Source: Eubacteriales bacterium
GTDB taxonomy: Bacteria; Bacillota; Clostridia; Oscillospirales; CAG-272
Direction: 5' to 3'
Assembly (NCBI GenBank): GCA_045652645.1
Contig: JAZRUP010000179.1
Location: 1 to 34,078, forward strand
Length of the DNA: 34,078 nucleotides
A program made the position numbers and the translations under genes. The stretch's first letter is position 1, and each line of letters opens with the position of its first letter. Below the pieces are notes generated by a model. It searched no databases. It saw nothing but the letters and a program-made list of their open reading frames with translations, and was not told the origin of the DNA. Below, one piece after another: positions 32,762 through 34,078 of this stretch.

Positions 32762-34069
32762 ATGACAACGCTTATAATTTTTATGTTCGTATTTCTTATC
32801 ATTATCGTTGTCGGAATACTCAATGAAAAATTTATACATATACCGAACGATATAGCGCTCGTTTTGTTTTCGACCTTCATAGGCGTAGCGTTACTATTGT
32901 TCTCAAAAATTGGTCCTGCCAATATTTTCAACAATGTTATAGATGCATATTCTTCATTTGATTTTGCGGAGTTCCTTTTCCATGGAGTACACTGTTTTAT
33001 GCTTTTCGCGGGTGCCAGTAAACTGAATTTTTCAAAGCTTATCGGCAACGCGAAATCAGTGGGATTTCTCTCAACGCTCACAACGGTAATTTTTGCCGGA
33101 GCTTTTGGACTTATGTTTTGGGGGATAACTCTCCTGCTTGGAATCAATATAAATGTTTGGGTGTGCATAATGCTCGGATGTCTGCTTTCACCAACCTCGC
33201 CGCTTGCGGTTACAGGAATACTTGACAAAATGGGGGTAGCCAAGAACGTAACATCAATTATGGAGGGAGAATCTCTCTTTAACGAAGGTGTAGGTGTTGC
33301 TCTTTTTGTTTTTGTTGAGGGAATCGTAGGGGCATCTAACGCTCATATGGAAAACTTTATGCTTGCGATCATAAAAGAGCTTTTGGGTGCGATAATTATA
33401 GCACTTGCGCTTTCTTTCATAACGTTTTGGCTCGTTCGTCAGACGAGAGATCCAATAAAGCAGATAATCATTAGTTTACTCAATGTTTCCTGCGCGTACG
33501 TTATCTGTGAGAGCTTTGGCTTTTCGGGCGCTGTCGCATCGGTTGTTTGCGGACTTTATTACGCATATTCTATGGAAAAGCATAAAAGAGTACGAAAGGT
33601 TACGGATACTAAGGATCTTTATAATGATTTTTGGTATATTATAGATGATCTTATAAACAATGTTCTGTTCGTTTTGATAGGTCTCTCCGTGCTTACTATC
33701 ACATTCGATGTGAAATCTATTTGGCTTTGCCTTGCTGCTGTTGTTATTGCGATAGTAGCTCGCGCGATAGGTGTATTAATTTCAACTTTTGCGGTCGGAA
33801 AGAAACATATACCCATGGGATACAACTCGGGCGAATATACTGTGCTTATGACATGGTCGGGCCTTCGGGGAGGTCTTTCTCTGGCTCTTATTATGAGCAC
33901 GAAAGTGCTTTTTGCAGATATTCCTATTGTATATACGGAGCTTCTTGATGTTACTTATATCGTCATATTGTTTACTGTCATCGTTCAAGGGCTTTCTTCC
34001 TCCAAAGTATATCGATTGGTAGAAAAGCATAAGGTCAAGAGATTTAACAAAAAGAGGTCAAATATATGA
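32762..34069 (+). CDS. CPA1-family Na+/H+ antiporter
   Basis: Polytopic, with ESLFNEGVGVALF and WSGLRGGLSLAL blocks typical of NhaP/CPA1 exchangers. Start chosen at ATG 32762 (GAGGTGA upstream) rather than 32744. Confidence 0.85.
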   Translation: MTTLIIFMFVFLIIIVVGILNEKFIHIPNDIALVLFSTFIGVALLLFSKIGPANIFNNVIDAYSSFDFAEFLFHGVHCFMLFAGASKLNFSKLIGNAKSVGFLSTLTTVIFAGAFGLMFWGITLLLGININVWVCIMLGCLLSPTSPLAVTGILDKMGVAKNVTSIMEGESLFNEGVGVALFVFVEGIVGASNAHMENFMLAIIKELLGAIIIALALSFITFWLVRQTRDPIKQIIISLLNVSCAYVICESFGFSGAVASVVCGLYYAYSMEKHKRVRKVTDTKDLYNDFWYIIDDLINNVLFVLIGLSVLTITFDVKSIWLCLAAVVIAIVARAIGVLISTFAVGKKHIPMGYNSGEYTVLMTWSGLRGGLSLALIMSTKVLFADIPIVYTELLDVTYIVILFTVIVQGLSSSKVYRLVEKHKVKRFNKKRSNI

Positions 34070-34078
34070 AAATACTTG
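34066..34078 (+). CDS. Possible 5' end of a downstream gene (only 4 codons visible)
   Basis: ATG at 34066 overlaps the antiporter stop (ATGA). AAGAGGT SD lies 7 nt upstream. It reads MKIL and then leaves the window. Confidence 0.3.

Noticed and set aside
32677-33243. A 188-aa reverse ORF
   Set aside because: It is antisense to the Na+/H+ antiporter gene and runs through that gene's promoter and terminator region.
1-34078. CRISPR arrays, rRNA or tRNA genes
   Set aside because: All non-coding gaps are 264 nt or shorter, AT-rich, and explained by promoters and terminators. I saw no regularly spaced repeats and no cloverleaf-compatible GC-rich segments.

Overview
This window is a chromosomal segment from a moderate-GC Gram-positive bacterium. 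Gene content and promoter/SD style look like Firmicutes/Clostridia; the taxon is an inference. It is densely coded and mostly housekeeping: an EF-G-family GTPase (partial), tatD-like, metG, nagA, radC, mreB, pepD, rny, proS, a SEDS protein and a Na+/H+ antiporter. I saw no rRNA, tRNA, CRISPR array, transposase or integrase. The standout is a self-contained three-gene reverse-strand operon at 16075-21323, wedged between rny and a trigger-factor-like lipoprotein operon. It encodes a TerB-N/TerB-C protein, a DUF2791/BrxD-like P-loop ATPase and an Lhr/BrxHI-like DEAH helicase. It has its own near-consensus promoter, shares a terminator with rny, and is bracketed by an identical 12-nt direct repeat. 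The domain triad matches what I recall as the Shango (SngABC) anti-phage system, whose mechanism is unknown. Secondary items worth a look:
- a CofE-like ligase + DUF1846 + radC operon
- a tightly coupled lipoprotein-foldase / DUF5685 / J-domain cysteine-string / membrane-protein operon
- an acyl-CoA ligase / zinc-ribbon acyltransferase / GltS-like symporter operon, with a perfect palindrome upstream
- a long hairpin that sequesters the SD of a DUF4830 gene
- an atypical receiver-like winged-helix regulator
All family assignments come from reading motifs by eye. No database search was run.
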